Made by a program: the position numbers and the translations under genes
Notes under the pieces: model-generated
Told to the model about the DNA's origin: nothing
The model's input: the letters and a program-made list of their open reading frames with translations, nothing else
Database searches by the model: none
Source of the DNA: a virus
DNA: 54,002 nucleotides
IMG/VR virus record: IMGVR_UViG_3300012117_000002
Location: 1-54,002 of that record
Direction: 5' to 3' (one strand)
Shown here: positions 1-7,482 of the stretch, in pieces
Numbering within the stretch: the first letter of the stretch is position 1
Layout of the letters: every line of letters starts with the position of its first letter

Positions 1-59
1 ATTCCGCAGCTGGGGTTTTGTTATACTTCCATTTTCCATTCCTAAAACTCATATCAAAT
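1..59. repeat. 59-bp terminal direct repeat identical to 53944-54002 (circular-assembly overlap or short terminal redundancy)
   Basis: Bases 1-59 (attccgcagctggggttttgttatacttcc...ctcatatcaaat) recur exactly at 53944-54002. An ORF reads in frame across the junction. Confidence 0.95.
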
Positions 60-208
60 TGTTTTTCCGCTGGCAGGTTTAGATTGTTGGATACGTTAGC
101 CCAATCGTCCACGATAGCCGCCGCAAGAAAGCCCTGCTCACTATGTTCAACTGCCCATTCGTACAGTAATTCCATTATGGTCTTTAGCTCTTCAAATTTG
201 TTTCCCAT
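1..208 (-). CDS. hypothetical early protein, N-terminal part of an ORF that wraps the window ends (75 aa when circularised)
   Basis: ATG at 208-206 overlaps the upstream gene by 17 nt. The frame stays open to base 1 and continues from 53943 to TAA at 53926-53924. Confidence 0.6.
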   Translation of the reverse strand, partial: MGNKFEELKTIMELLYEWAVEHSEQGFLAAAIVDDWANVSNNLNLPAEKQFDMSFRNGKWKYNKTPAAE

Positions 209-419
209 TGTCTTTACTCCCTTCTGCGCACCCCTGATACATGCTGAACAGTATATCAAACAGTTTCGCCACCTCTTCAATTGTGTAGGCGGTGCCAGGG
301 TCACATTTTGCATGCTCATTAATCCAACCTGCGATCTGACAAAATGCGCTGTCGAAATCTTTATCGGCATCCCGCGCCACGAAATCCAGCGCGGTCAACC
401 TTACTATTACTTTTTCCAT
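192..419 (-). CDS. hypothetical early protein (75 aa)
   Basis: Internal ATG at 419 is preceded by AAAGGAGG plus 6 nt. The longer track ORF (to 494) would overlap the upstream gene. Confidence 0.6.
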   Translation of the reverse strand: MEKVIVRLTALDFVARDADKDFDSAFCQIAGWINEHAKCDPGTAYTIEEVAKLFDILFSMYQGCAEGSKDNGKQI

Positions 420-432
420 TGCTTTCCTCCTT

Positions 433-621
433 TCACTGGACAAGCATCTTCCCGCATGATTTGCAGTAAGCATGTATATGATTATTCGTGCCACCTCTGG
501 AAAAGCGCATTATGCCGCCACATGTGCAAGTTATTTCTTCTTTACCCTCTTTCTCGGATTTTTCAATTAATTCAAGAAATTGATTTAATTCCCTTATCTT
601 TAATTGGATTAATTCGTCCAC
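433..621 (-). CDS. small zinc-ribbon protein
   Basis: 62 aa with a GTG start after GAGAGG. Cys pairs CTCGG...CKSCG are present. Confidence 0.6.
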   Translation of the reverse strand: MDELIQLKIRELNQFLELIEKSEKEGKEEITCTCGGIMRFSRGGTNNHIHAYCKSCGKMLVQ

Positions 622-649
622 GCTTTTACCTCTCTTTGCAAAAACTAAT

Positions 650-970
650 TTATGCTCCTACTCCATAAGGATCATCTGGCTCCCAATCAGCCCGTAGTTG
701 ACACTTCTCACATTTAGGCTTATCCCTGCCAATACACAAGGGATAAGGATTATTCTGTTCTGGTGTATAACACTCTGGGTATTCGTATTTTTCACCCTCC
801 TGCGCCTGTTTTACACCCGTTGCCATGTCCCGAATATATTCATGCGGCACATCACAGTTAACCGCATTCATAAGCAATTCAGATAATGTTGCCTCTTTCA
901 TCATTCTATAAAAATCCGTAAATGTAACTTCCACTCTGTCTTCTTTTGATAAAGCATCTATAAAACCCAT
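650..970 (-). CDS. hypothetical early protein with Cys-rich C-terminus (CIGRDKPKCEKC)
   Basis: 106-aa ORF with AAGGAGG 7 nt upstream of the ATG. Confidence 0.65.
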   Translation of the reverse strand: MGFIDALSKEDRVEVTFTDFYRMMKEATLSELLMNAVNCDVPHEYIRDMATGVKQAQEGEKYEYPECYTPEQNNPYPLCIGRDKPKCEKCQLRADWEPDDPYGVGA

Positions 971-988
971 CGTTTTTCCTCCTTGACT

Positions 989-1141
989 TTAATTTATCTT
1001 AACGGTAATGGGCGGCATTATTTCCGGCTCCCTCTCCGGCCGCACACGGGCGGGATTAGTCCGCACAATGAATGGATTGAGTGCGCCGTCATTGATGACG
1101 TGGCAGTACTCCGGATCGATTTTCTTATTTTCTTGCTTCAA
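989..1141 (-). CDS. possible 50-aa protein (TTG start), below the ORF-track length cutoff
   Basis: GGAGGA lies 9 nt upstream of TTG at 1141. The ORF fills the gap between the flanking genes. Translation is MKQENKKIDPEYCHVINDGALNPFIVRTNPARVRPEREPEIMPPITVKIN. Confidence 0.35.
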   Translation of the reverse strand: MKQENKKIDPEYCHVINDGALNPFIVRTNPARVRPEREPEIMPPITVKIN

Positions 1142-1766
1142 AGTCACGGTTTCCTCCAATCACATTGCCCAAATCATCCATCTCGTCCCACAAATAGCGG
1201 CCTTTCCCACTGTTTCGCCACTGTCCCATGCCCCTCAGTTCTCCGTAATCAAGCCACTCCCTCACGGCATTGATATGTGCGTCACACAGGCACGAAATTG
1301 TAAAATCAATATAGGCACCCGCCGGAATGGTCTCGCTGTTTGCTAAGGCAATCCGTTCGCCCTGCGCTGTCTGCCCTCTCAACGGACGCTGGCAGTTTCC
1401 GATTTCTCCGACAAAAACAATTGGTATCATCCGCTCTTTTACGAAAATCAACCCATCAATTTCCTTTTTGTACGCTTTGATTTTCGACGAAGCTGAATTG
1501 GGCACCTTCCGTAGGCAGCCGCAGGCGTCCTTGAAAAATCCTTTCACCTGATAATCCCACATGATGGGATGTCCCTCTTTGTTGCGCGGGAAGATGGTCA
1601 TTGATTTTTCAATCACTTCATCAACTCCGACCGCTGCGACTTCTTCGGCCCGTGTTGGTGCGTCAGGTGCGTTGGATGCGATAAATGTGCTGTGAATCTC
1701 CGGATCACTGCTTGCCGTTCCTAAAATTTCCTCCGCAAATGTTACTCTTACTTTTAATTCCTTCAT
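1125..1766 (-). CDS. hypothetical early protein (213 aa) with RAMP-like motifs; function unknown
   Basis: ATG at 1766 is preceded by GAGGAGA. The longer track ORF (to 1883) runs into the repeat tract. Motifs are GHPIMWDYQVKGFFKDA and a C-terminal glycine-rich loop GMGQWRNSGKGRY. Confidence 0.55.
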   Translation of the reverse strand: MKELKVRVTFAEEILGTASSDPEIHSTFIASNAPDAPTRAEEVAAVGVDEVIEKSMTIFPRNKEGHPIMWDYQVKGFFKDACGCLRKVPNSASSKIKAYKKEIDGLIFVKERMIPIVFVGEIGNCQRPLRGQTAQGERIALANSETIPAGAYIDFTISCLCDAHINAVREWLDYGELRGMGQWRNSGKGRYLWDEMDDLGNVIGGNRDFEARK

Positions 1767-1815
1767 TTCTGATCTCCTCTTCTTTGTTGATATTTTAGTT
1801 TTTGAATCCTGTGCT

Positions 1816-2500
1816 GTGCCTTTGCGCTGCTGCACTGTGCATGGCCGTTCCTTTGCTGTGACCTGCCTGGCCTGGCTGTGCAATTCCTCGGCTATTCAAG
1901 ACTATCCACAACCACGCCCAGCGATGCTCTGCCTATACCCTGCTACCCACAGCCTCGCCACTCCTTTGCAACACTTTGCCATGCTCCGCCGTGCCCTTGC
2001 CATACTCCGCCATGTTATCCTGCGCTATGCCTTTGCAACGCGCTGCGTTTCCTTTACAATGCCATCCCTCGCCCTGCCTTGCTCTGCCGTTGCCGTGCAA
2101 GTCGTCGCAATTCCTTCGCTGCTCATCACCATGCCGAGCTACTCCCTTGCTATGCCGTGCCCCGCTGATCAGCGCCATTGCCCTGCCTAGCCATGCCTCG
2201 CTACTCCTTTGCCAATCGGCGGTTAGCACTGCCTTTGCCATTCGTAGTCCCGCCTTGCTCTGCCAACCATCGCTTTGCTTTGCCATTGCATCTCATTGCG
2301 TTGCCATTCCTTTGCTATGCCCAACTCAGCCCTTCGATGCCAATCCTTTGCTATGATCAACGCTTCTGTGCCCTGCCATCCCTTTGCTTGGCGATACCAC
2401 GCTTCGCTCTGCCGTCGCCCGGCCGTGCATTGCCATTCCTTTGCAAATCACCGTCTTGCCCTCCGGCATCCGGCAAATCCAAGCCGGTGCGCTCGTAAAA
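1816..2500 (-). repeat. degenerate G/A-rich (on transcribed strand) repeat tract with no RBS-supported ORF; candidate structured or sponge ncRNA
   Basis: CCTTTGC (GCAAAGG on minus) occurs exactly at 1819, 1850, 1963, 2030, 2206, 2232, 2309, 2345, 2381 and 2438. Three copies are spaced exactly 36 bp apart. Eight mutually overlapping track ORFs in five frames reflect the composition skew. Confidence 0.8.
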
Positions 2501-2647
2501 ATACTTCCGTGATATCCGTCCGGCCACAATGTAAAATCCTTTCGCTGTCAATTCTTCATTGAACTGCTTAATGATCTTGTAAGCCGTGTTTCTTGACACA
2601 TTCATCAACTCTGCGACCTCTGTCGCCCGCATGATTGGTGCTGGCAT
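2357..2647 (-). CDS. excisionase-family/MerR-like HTH DNA-binding protein
   Basis: The N-terminal sequence ATEVAELMNVSRNTAYKIIKQF...GRISRKYFYERTGL is typical of excisionase-type HTH proteins. The last ~40 codons run into the repeat tract and look low-complexity. Confidence 0.7.
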   Translation of the reverse strand: MPAPIMRATEVAELMNVSRNTAYKIIKQFNEELTAKGFYIVAGRISRKYFYERTGLDLPDAGGQDGDLQRNGNARPGDGRAKRGIAKQRDGRAQKR

Positions 2648-2659
2648 AATGTCACCTCC

Positions 2660-2818
2660 TTATCCGACTTTTTCATCACTTGCGATGGTATGTAGATTGA
2701 ATATAGTGGATATTGTCGTAAACAACATCTGCTTCTCTTTAGGGGACAATTCATCCGTTCCATTCAAGATTTCTTCAATCTGATCAAGGCGCTCTTTCAA
2801 CTTTTTGGATTTCTTCAC
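2660..2818 (-). CDS. possible 52-aa protein (GTG start)
   Basis: GTG at 2818. The ORF ends with TAA at 2660-2662, inside the RBS of the next gene, and fills the 2647-2846 gap. Confidence 0.35.
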   Translation of the reverse strand: MKKSKKLKERLDQIEEILNGTDELSPKEKQMLFTTISTIFNLHTIASDEKVG

Positions 2819-2845
2819 TTTCTCACCCCGCTTTCCGTTTGTTTT

Positions 2846-3595
2846 TTAGGCAATAAACTTGTTGATAAAATATTGCTGGCCGTATCCTGTTACCTTGGTT
2901 GTCTTGCTAATAGTTGTATGCCCATCGGAATGGGTGATTGCAGTTTCCTTAACTTCGAAAAGTTTCATCTCCATACTGCGTTGCGTGGGGGCATTGTAGT
3001 CAGTTCCCTTCCGACGGATCAGATAGCCATTATTTCTTAAATATTCAAATAACCGCTTCTCGCCGGTATCTACACCGTTTTGTTTTAGGATTTTCGCCAG
3101 TTCGCCAATCAAGATCGATGTCTTGCTTGTGGCTACCGCATCGGCAAATAATGCTTTGGGCTTCATTTCGCCAATTAGTTTGTCTTTGCCGGCAATAATG
3201 TTTTGAGCGACAACAAGCGCATTTGCTACAATCTGTTCTGGTGTCAAGTTTTCCTGATTTGCAATATACCCACCATTATTTCTAATTGATGGCAGTACTT
3301 CGCTCGTCACCCAATGCTTGAATCGTTTCGCCGACTCTAGTTTGCTGCTAAGAATAAGGGCATACATTCCGGACTCGTTTATAATTACCGCTTTGCTTTT
3401 GTAATTCGAACCCGTACCCTGTAATAGGGTGGTGGTTTTATCATCATCATCTACGTGCTGACTTATTGCGTTTTCTGTTTTCGCATATCCCAATGCTTTT
3501 GCGATGTCCCTTCCCACAAAATATGTTTCGTTATTCAGTTGTACTGTTCGTATTTGCCCGAACTCTTCGTTGCTAAATATCTGCAATTCCTTCAT
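2846..3595 (-). CDS. phage antirepressor (Bro-N N-terminal domain plus KilAC/ANT-type C-terminal domain)
   Basis: The sequence MKELQIFSNEEFGQIRTV...FVGRDIAKALGY...INESGMYALILSS...AKRFKHWVTSEVLPSIR is the Bro-N signature. It is the first gene of the early operon. Confidence 0.85.
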   Translation of the reverse strand: MKELQIFSNEEFGQIRTVQLNNETYFVGRDIAKALGYAKTENAISQHVDDDDKTTTLLQGTGSNYKSKAVIINESGMYALILSSKLESAKRFKHWVTSEVLPSIRNNGGYIANQENLTPEQIVANALVVAQNIIAGKDKLIGEMKPKALFADAVATSKTSILIGELAKILKQNGVDTGEKRLFEYLRNNGYLIRRKGTDYNAPTQRSMEMKLFEVKETAITHSDGHTTISKTTKVTGYGQQYFINKFIA

Positions 3596-3638
3596 TAACT
3601 ACCTCACTTTCTTTATCAATATCTTGTCCGCTATAGAC

Positions 3639-3667
3639 ATTATATCACCCATGTTGGTCTGTGTCAA
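3639..3667 (-). promoter_or_regulatory. early (lytic) promoter with consensus sigma-A elements
   Basis: The minus strand reads TTGACA (3667-3662), a 17-nt spacer, then TATAAT (3644-3639). The antirepressor RBS lies about 40 nt downstream. Confidence 0.65.
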
Positions 3668-3690
3668 ACATTATTTTTAAAATATTGTTG

Positions 3691-3719
3691 TTTACAGACA
3701 TTCAATTTTGTGTTATTAT
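3691..3719 (+). promoter_or_regulatory. repressor/integrase promoter, divergent from the early promoter
   Basis: TTTACA (3691-3696), 17-nt spacer, TATTAT (3714-3719), with TGT just upstream (extended -10). AAGGAGG and ATG 3739 follow. Confidence 0.55.
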
Positions 3720-3738
3720 ATTATTAAGGAGGAATGCT

Positions 3739-4140
3739 ATGGTAAATAGGATAAAAAAATTGAGAAATGAAAATGATATGACGCAGGAAGAATTCTCTAA
3801 ACGAATCAACATAAGTCGTTCAAACCTTGCAGGTATAGAGACAGGAAAAGTCGGAATCACGGATAGAATCATAAACGATATCTGCCGAGAATTCAATATA
3901 AACGACATTTGGTTGCGGACCGGCAAGGGCAATATGAAAAAAGATCTTTCCATAGAAGAAGAAACATATGGACGATTCGGGAAGATAATGGAAGTGGGAA
4001 GTCCCATAAAGAAAAACATGGCTACAATGCTATTAAAGATAGTAGAAACACTTCCAGACGAACAGTGGGAAAGCATATATGAGGAATTTAAGGCCTGCAT
4101 CGACAGGGTAGAAAGGGCAGAAAAAGAGAGCGAAGACTAA
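3739..4140 (+). CDS. CI-like XRE-family HTH repressor
   Basis: ATG 3739 follows AAGGAGG. The HTH is LRNENDMTQEEFSKRINISRSNLAGIETGK. The gene is divergent from the antirepressor and co-oriented with int. Confidence 0.8.
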   Translation: MVNRIKKLRNENDMTQEEFSKRINISRSNLAGIETGKVGITDRIINDICREFNINDIWLRTGKGNMKKDLSIEEETYGRFGKIMEVGSPIKKNMATMLLKIVETLPDEQWESIYEEFKACIDRVERAEKESED

Positions 4141-4408
4141 TCCTCGCTCTCTAAAACACTCCTTATTAAACTAATGAGACTTTTCAGGAATTTTGCGCTA
4201 TGTATTTTGTCAATCAATTCATGCAGTTCGTTTTTGAGACTATCCACGTATACACACCCCTTTCACTGTCAGCAAGCCAGATATTCATTACAGATTTGCC
4301 GATGTGTATATTATAACTGCACGCCAACATCATGTCAACAGGAAAATAGAACACAGGTTCGACTTATTTCAAAGTTATTCGACAAATAGAAAAGGAGGAA
4401 TTGAAATC

Positions 4409-5476
4409 ATGCCAGCATACAAAGATGAGGCCAGAAAGACATGGTATTGCAAATTTTCATACACTGATTGGACGGGAAAACAGCGGCAGAAGTTAAAACG
4501 CGGTTTCCCGTCGAAGAAAGAAGCCGCTGCTTGGGAGCGTAATTTTTTAGAACGGCAGCAAGGAAGCCCTGACATGACCTTTGGGACCCTCTGTGCGCTC
4601 TATGTGGAGGATATCACCTTACACATTAGGGCATCCACGGTCAAGGGCAAGACAGGCCGTATTAAGAATCATATACTGCCATACTTCGAGGATAAGCGTG
4701 CAAACGAAATAACAACCGCCGATATTCGGAAATGGCAGGGAATTATTATAACAAAGGAATTCAGTCCAACATACCAGCGGCTGATAAACAGGGATCTTAA
4801 TTCTATCTTTAATTTTGCGAAAAAGTATTACAAATTGAACGCTGATCCATGTGCGCCAATAAAGGCTATAGGAAAATCAAAGGCGGGGCGCATGGATTTT
4901 TGGACACAATCCGAATTTATTACTTTTCTCGGATGTGTTGAAAAACCGGAAACTAGATTGGCTTTTCAAATTCTTTTTTACACAGGTGTGCGTTTTGGTG
5001 AGCTGATGGCTATTAATCCGGCTACGGATATTGACTTGAAAAACAAAACCCTGACCGTATCAAAGTCCCACTATCGAGACCACGGCGAAGACATAATTAC
5101 ACCCCCAAAAACCGAAAATAGCAATCGCGTTGTTGCGCTGCCACCTTTTTTAACTGATTTAATTGAAGATTATATGAGCCATATCTATGATATTCAGTCC
5201 AGAAACAGGTTATTTTTGTTCTCGCGCTCGAAATTAAGAAGAGCAATGAATAGAAGCTGCCAGCAATCCGGTATCAAGCAAATTCGGGTACATGACATTA
5301 GGCATAGCCACGCTTCCATGTTGATAGAGATGGGGTTTTCTCCCATATTGATAGCCGAAAGAATTGGCGATACCGTCGAGATGGTTAACAACACCTACGG
5401 CCACCTGTATCCCAACAAGCATAAGGATGTGGCTGATGCATTGGCTCAATCGTATCAAAACTGTATCACGGGCTGA
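4409..5476 (+). CDS. int: tyrosine recombinase (phage integrase) with N-terminal arm-type DNA-binding domain
   Basis: ATG 4409 follows AAAGGAGG. The N-terminus is KTWYCKFSYTDWTGKQRQKLKRGF. Catalytic motifs are GVRFGEL, HDIRHSHASMLI and NTYGHLY. Confidence 0.93.
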   Translation: MPAYKDEARKTWYCKFSYTDWTGKQRQKLKRGFPSKKEAAAWERNFLERQQGSPDMTFGTLCALYVEDITLHIRASTVKGKTGRIKNHILPYFEDKRANEITTADIRKWQGIIITKEFSPTYQRLINRDLNSIFNFAKKYYKLNADPCAPIKAIGKSKAGRMDFWTQSEFITFLGCVEKPETRLAFQILFYTGVRFGELMAINPATDIDLKNKTLTVSKSHYRDHGEDIITPPKTENSNRVVALPPFLTDLIEDYMSHIYDIQSRNRLFLFSRSKLRRAMNRSCQQSGIKQIRVHDIRHSHASMLIEMGFSPILIAERIGDTVEMVNNTYGHLYPNKHKDVADALAQSYQNCITG

Positions 5477-5729
5477 AATAAACTGGCAAAAATGACGTAA
5501 AATCGTTGATTTCAAGCATTTTTTGAATGACTCTACCTGAATTGATAATTTTATATTCTTACATAATTTACATATTTTTGGTATATATTTTAACGTTTGG
5601 TATCAGGAAAAATGATTTTCACAGGATGTGCTAAAATAAAACGTATCATTTTCGTATCATCCAAGGCGAAAAAGAAGCAAGGGCATCAGCCCTAATGCGC
5701 CATAATGCTAAACAAATGTAAAAGTTTAA
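5477..5729. other. probable attP region (AT-rich, non-coding, next to int)
   Basis: About 250 bp without an ORF between int and a bidirectional terminator. Short direct repeats are present (cgtatcat twice at ~5641-5665). The core site was not identifiable. Confidence 0.4.
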
Positions 5730-5755
5730 CCCCGGCTTGCCACCGGGGCTTTTTT
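5730..5755. terminator. hairpin terminator between int and the convergent cargo operon
   Basis: CCCCGG-cttgcca-CCGGGG followed by CTTTTTT on the plus strand. It directly abuts the stop of the 5754-6302 gene. Confidence 0.7.
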
Positions 5756-6302
5756 AATATTTGTATCCCATCTTTTCTTCTTTTTTCTCTGCCGCATCGT
5801 GATTGTTATAATTTGTGCTCTCATAGATCATAAGATCGTGTAGGGCAGTACCCTGCGCTTTCATATCGGCATATCTCTTAATCTTACGGTTCAAGTCCAC
5901 GATAGCGCACTTGATACATCCGGCGCGCTCGTACAGCGGACAGGCCAAATCTCTAAGGCATAACGGTGCCACAAACATGTTCGCGCTCTCATGTAGCTTC
6001 CAGTACATATCCCACAATCCATTCCGGTATTCCGTTAAGAACGTTTCAACGCTATTAACATTAGGAAACGACGCGTTCGCCTTCTGGGGATAAATCTCAA
6101 CCTCGAACAAGTCAAAGGCTTCTGATTGTAGGTATTTTCGGATATTTTCGTCCTTGGTACCTTCCATGCGCGCTTCCCGCTTTTTCCCTTGGATGCCCAT
6201 GGACAGGGCTTTGACAAATGCTGTGTTTTCAAATTCCTCAAACGCATACAGATAATTCACAGTATTTTGAATCTGTCTTATGCAGTCGGCTTTATTGACC
6301 AT
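5754..6302 (-). CDS. hypothetical protein (182 aa), last gene of the attP-proximal operon
   Basis: ATG 6302 follows AGGAGG. Cys motifs are CPLYERAGCIKC. No family recognised. Confidence 0.6.
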   Translation of the reverse strand: MVNKADCIRQIQNTVNYLYAFEEFENTAFVKALSMGIQGKKREARMEGTKDENIRKYLQSEAFDLFEVEIYPQKANASFPNVNSVETFLTEYRNGLWDMYWKLHESANMFVAPLCLRDLACPLYERAGCIKCAIVDLNRKIKRYADMKAQGTALHDLMIYESTNYNNHDAAEKKEEKMGYKY

Positions 6303-6313
6303 TTTCCTACCTC

Positions 6314-6514
6314 CTAAAAATAAGATGTCCGCGGATTCCCGTCCATCATCTCTGTATGCATGCCGTCGCGCATTTCTTTCCACTTCTCAACATGCTTTCT
6401 GTTTTCCAACAAAACATGCAGATCGTATTCTTCTTTCGTGAGTTTCTTGGATTCAGACTTGATCAGGCCGTCAATAGCCATGTCAAGCTTTTCGATATAT
6501 TTTTGCACATGCAT
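6314..6514 (-). CDS. hypothetical small helical protein
   Basis: 66 aa, with AGGAGG 5 nt upstream. Confidence 0.55.
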   Translation of the reverse strand: MHVQKYIEKLDMAIDGLIKSESKKLTKEEYDLHVLLENRKHVEKWKEMRDGMHTEMMDGNPRTSYF

Positions 6515-6523
6515 GGCAGCCTC

Positions 6524-6940
6524 CTAACAAACTTTTGTAACGACGGTTTCGAAGTTACTAAAGACAGCTCCGACACCCGTGTCGACAAATGTAAGCGTGG
6601 TTATCGGATTTCCGCACGGGCCGCAATCCGGCTTAACTCTGACAAGGGTTTCAAAGTCCAGATTAACGATCGTGGTGACTGCGCCACTGGTTGCCGTGGC
6701 TTCTGCTCCGGGATACAGAACCCCATCGACAAATAGCTGTACTGTGATGTCTCCAGCTACGCCGGATTCTGCTGCATCGGCATTGAAATGTACCATGTAG
6801 ATTCCCGGCTTGTTAAGATCGATTCCGGCAGAACCGGCAGCGTGAGTAACGGTACACCCGGTGATGATTCGGTTGTTGTTAAATGCAAGGGCTTCCCCTG
6901 TGACAACGGTTTGGTCTGAATTTGTATATGTGTCTAACAT
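6524..6940 (-). CDS. BclA C-terminal-domain-like (C1q/TNF-like jelly roll) protein
   Basis: 138 aa with AAGGAGG. The pattern AFNNN...KPGIYMVHFNADAA...ITVQLFVDGVLYPGAEATA...NFETVVTKVC resembles the exosporium BclA C-terminal domain. Confidence 0.55.
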   Translation of the reverse strand: MLDTYTNSDQTVVTGEALAFNNNRIITGCTVTHAAGSAGIDLNKPGIYMVHFNADAAESGVAGDITVQLFVDGVLYPGAEATATSGAVTTIVNLDFETLVRVKPDCGPCGNPITTLTFVDTGVGAVFSNFETVVTKVC

Positions 6941-7033
6941 TTTAAAATCCTCCTTAAAATAAAAATAAGTGTGGGCTATCCCACACGGCGTTTAAATGGT
7001 GCGGATATGCACTCTATTGCTATATTCTTTTGT

Positions 7034-7273
7034 TCATGGCTCACTAATCTTTTCTCGGATATCCCGCAAAACCTCAAGCGCTTGCTTTCCGGTTTGGGCG
7101 CTCTGCCTGTTGTTTTCGACATTCTGCTGGCTCAGCCGGACATTTTGAGCGTTCAGCGCAATGTTTCTATAATTCAATCCAATAATCTCTACCGTCAGAG
7201 CAAGGATGGCTATATTGACAAGCAGGTTAGACCATTCGGCACCGTTATTCCTTCGGTTTTGCAGGTTGTGCAT
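7034..7273 (-). CDS. small membrane-anchored protein
   Basis: 79 aa with one hydrophobic helix (WSNLLVNIAILALTVEIIGL). The RBS is weak. It overlaps the upstream small ORF by 29 nt. Confidence 0.45.
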   Translation of the reverse strand: MHNLQNRRNNGAEWSNLLVNIAILALTVEIIGLNYRNIALNAQNVRLSQQNVENNRQSAQTGKQALEVLRDIREKISEP

Positions 7274-7403
7274 TTCCCATTTTGTTCAGCGTGTCAATTC
7301 CCTGTCCGGCGAGTTGCTGGAGTGCGACGCCAAACTTATCTCTTGCGGCCGGGTTCCCAAGCAGGTAGCCAGCACCAAGGAAAATCAATCCTGTAACATT
7401 CAT
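7245..7403 (-). CDS. possible 52-aa membrane protein
   Basis: ATG 7403 follows GAGGTGA. Translation is MNVTGLIFLGAGYLLGNPAARDKF... It is below the track cutoff. Confidence 0.4.
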   Translation of the reverse strand: MNVTGLIFLGAGYLLGNPAARDKFGVALQQLAGQGIDTLNKMGNAQPAKPKE

Positions 7404-7482
7404 GCCATCACCTCTATTCGCAGATCATCCAGCAGGGCAACAACCGTCACCCCGCCAGTCGATCTAATAACTTGATTATCTG

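Noticed and set aside
2296-2403. Three 36-bp-spaced repeat units that might have been a small CRISPR-like array.
   Set aside because: Only an ~18-nt core is conserved, and there is no repeat/spacer alternation of CRISPR dimensions. The motif continues irregularly across 650 nt, and no cas genes are present apart from the tentative RAMP-like orphan.
1816-2500. The repeat tract considered as the replication origin or a partition site.
   Set aside because: A much better origin candidate exists at 49669-49745: phased 11-bp iterons inside the initiator gene. The tract has no AT-rich unwinding element and its copies are not helically phased. R-loop-primed initiation is not fully excluded.
5477-5729. 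A tRNA or tRNA 3' fragment as the attachment core next to int.
   Set aside because: I found no T-psi-C-like GGTTCGAATCC motif, acceptor stem or cloverleaf by eye. The region is simply AT-rich with short direct repeats. The att core cannot be defined without the bacterial attB.
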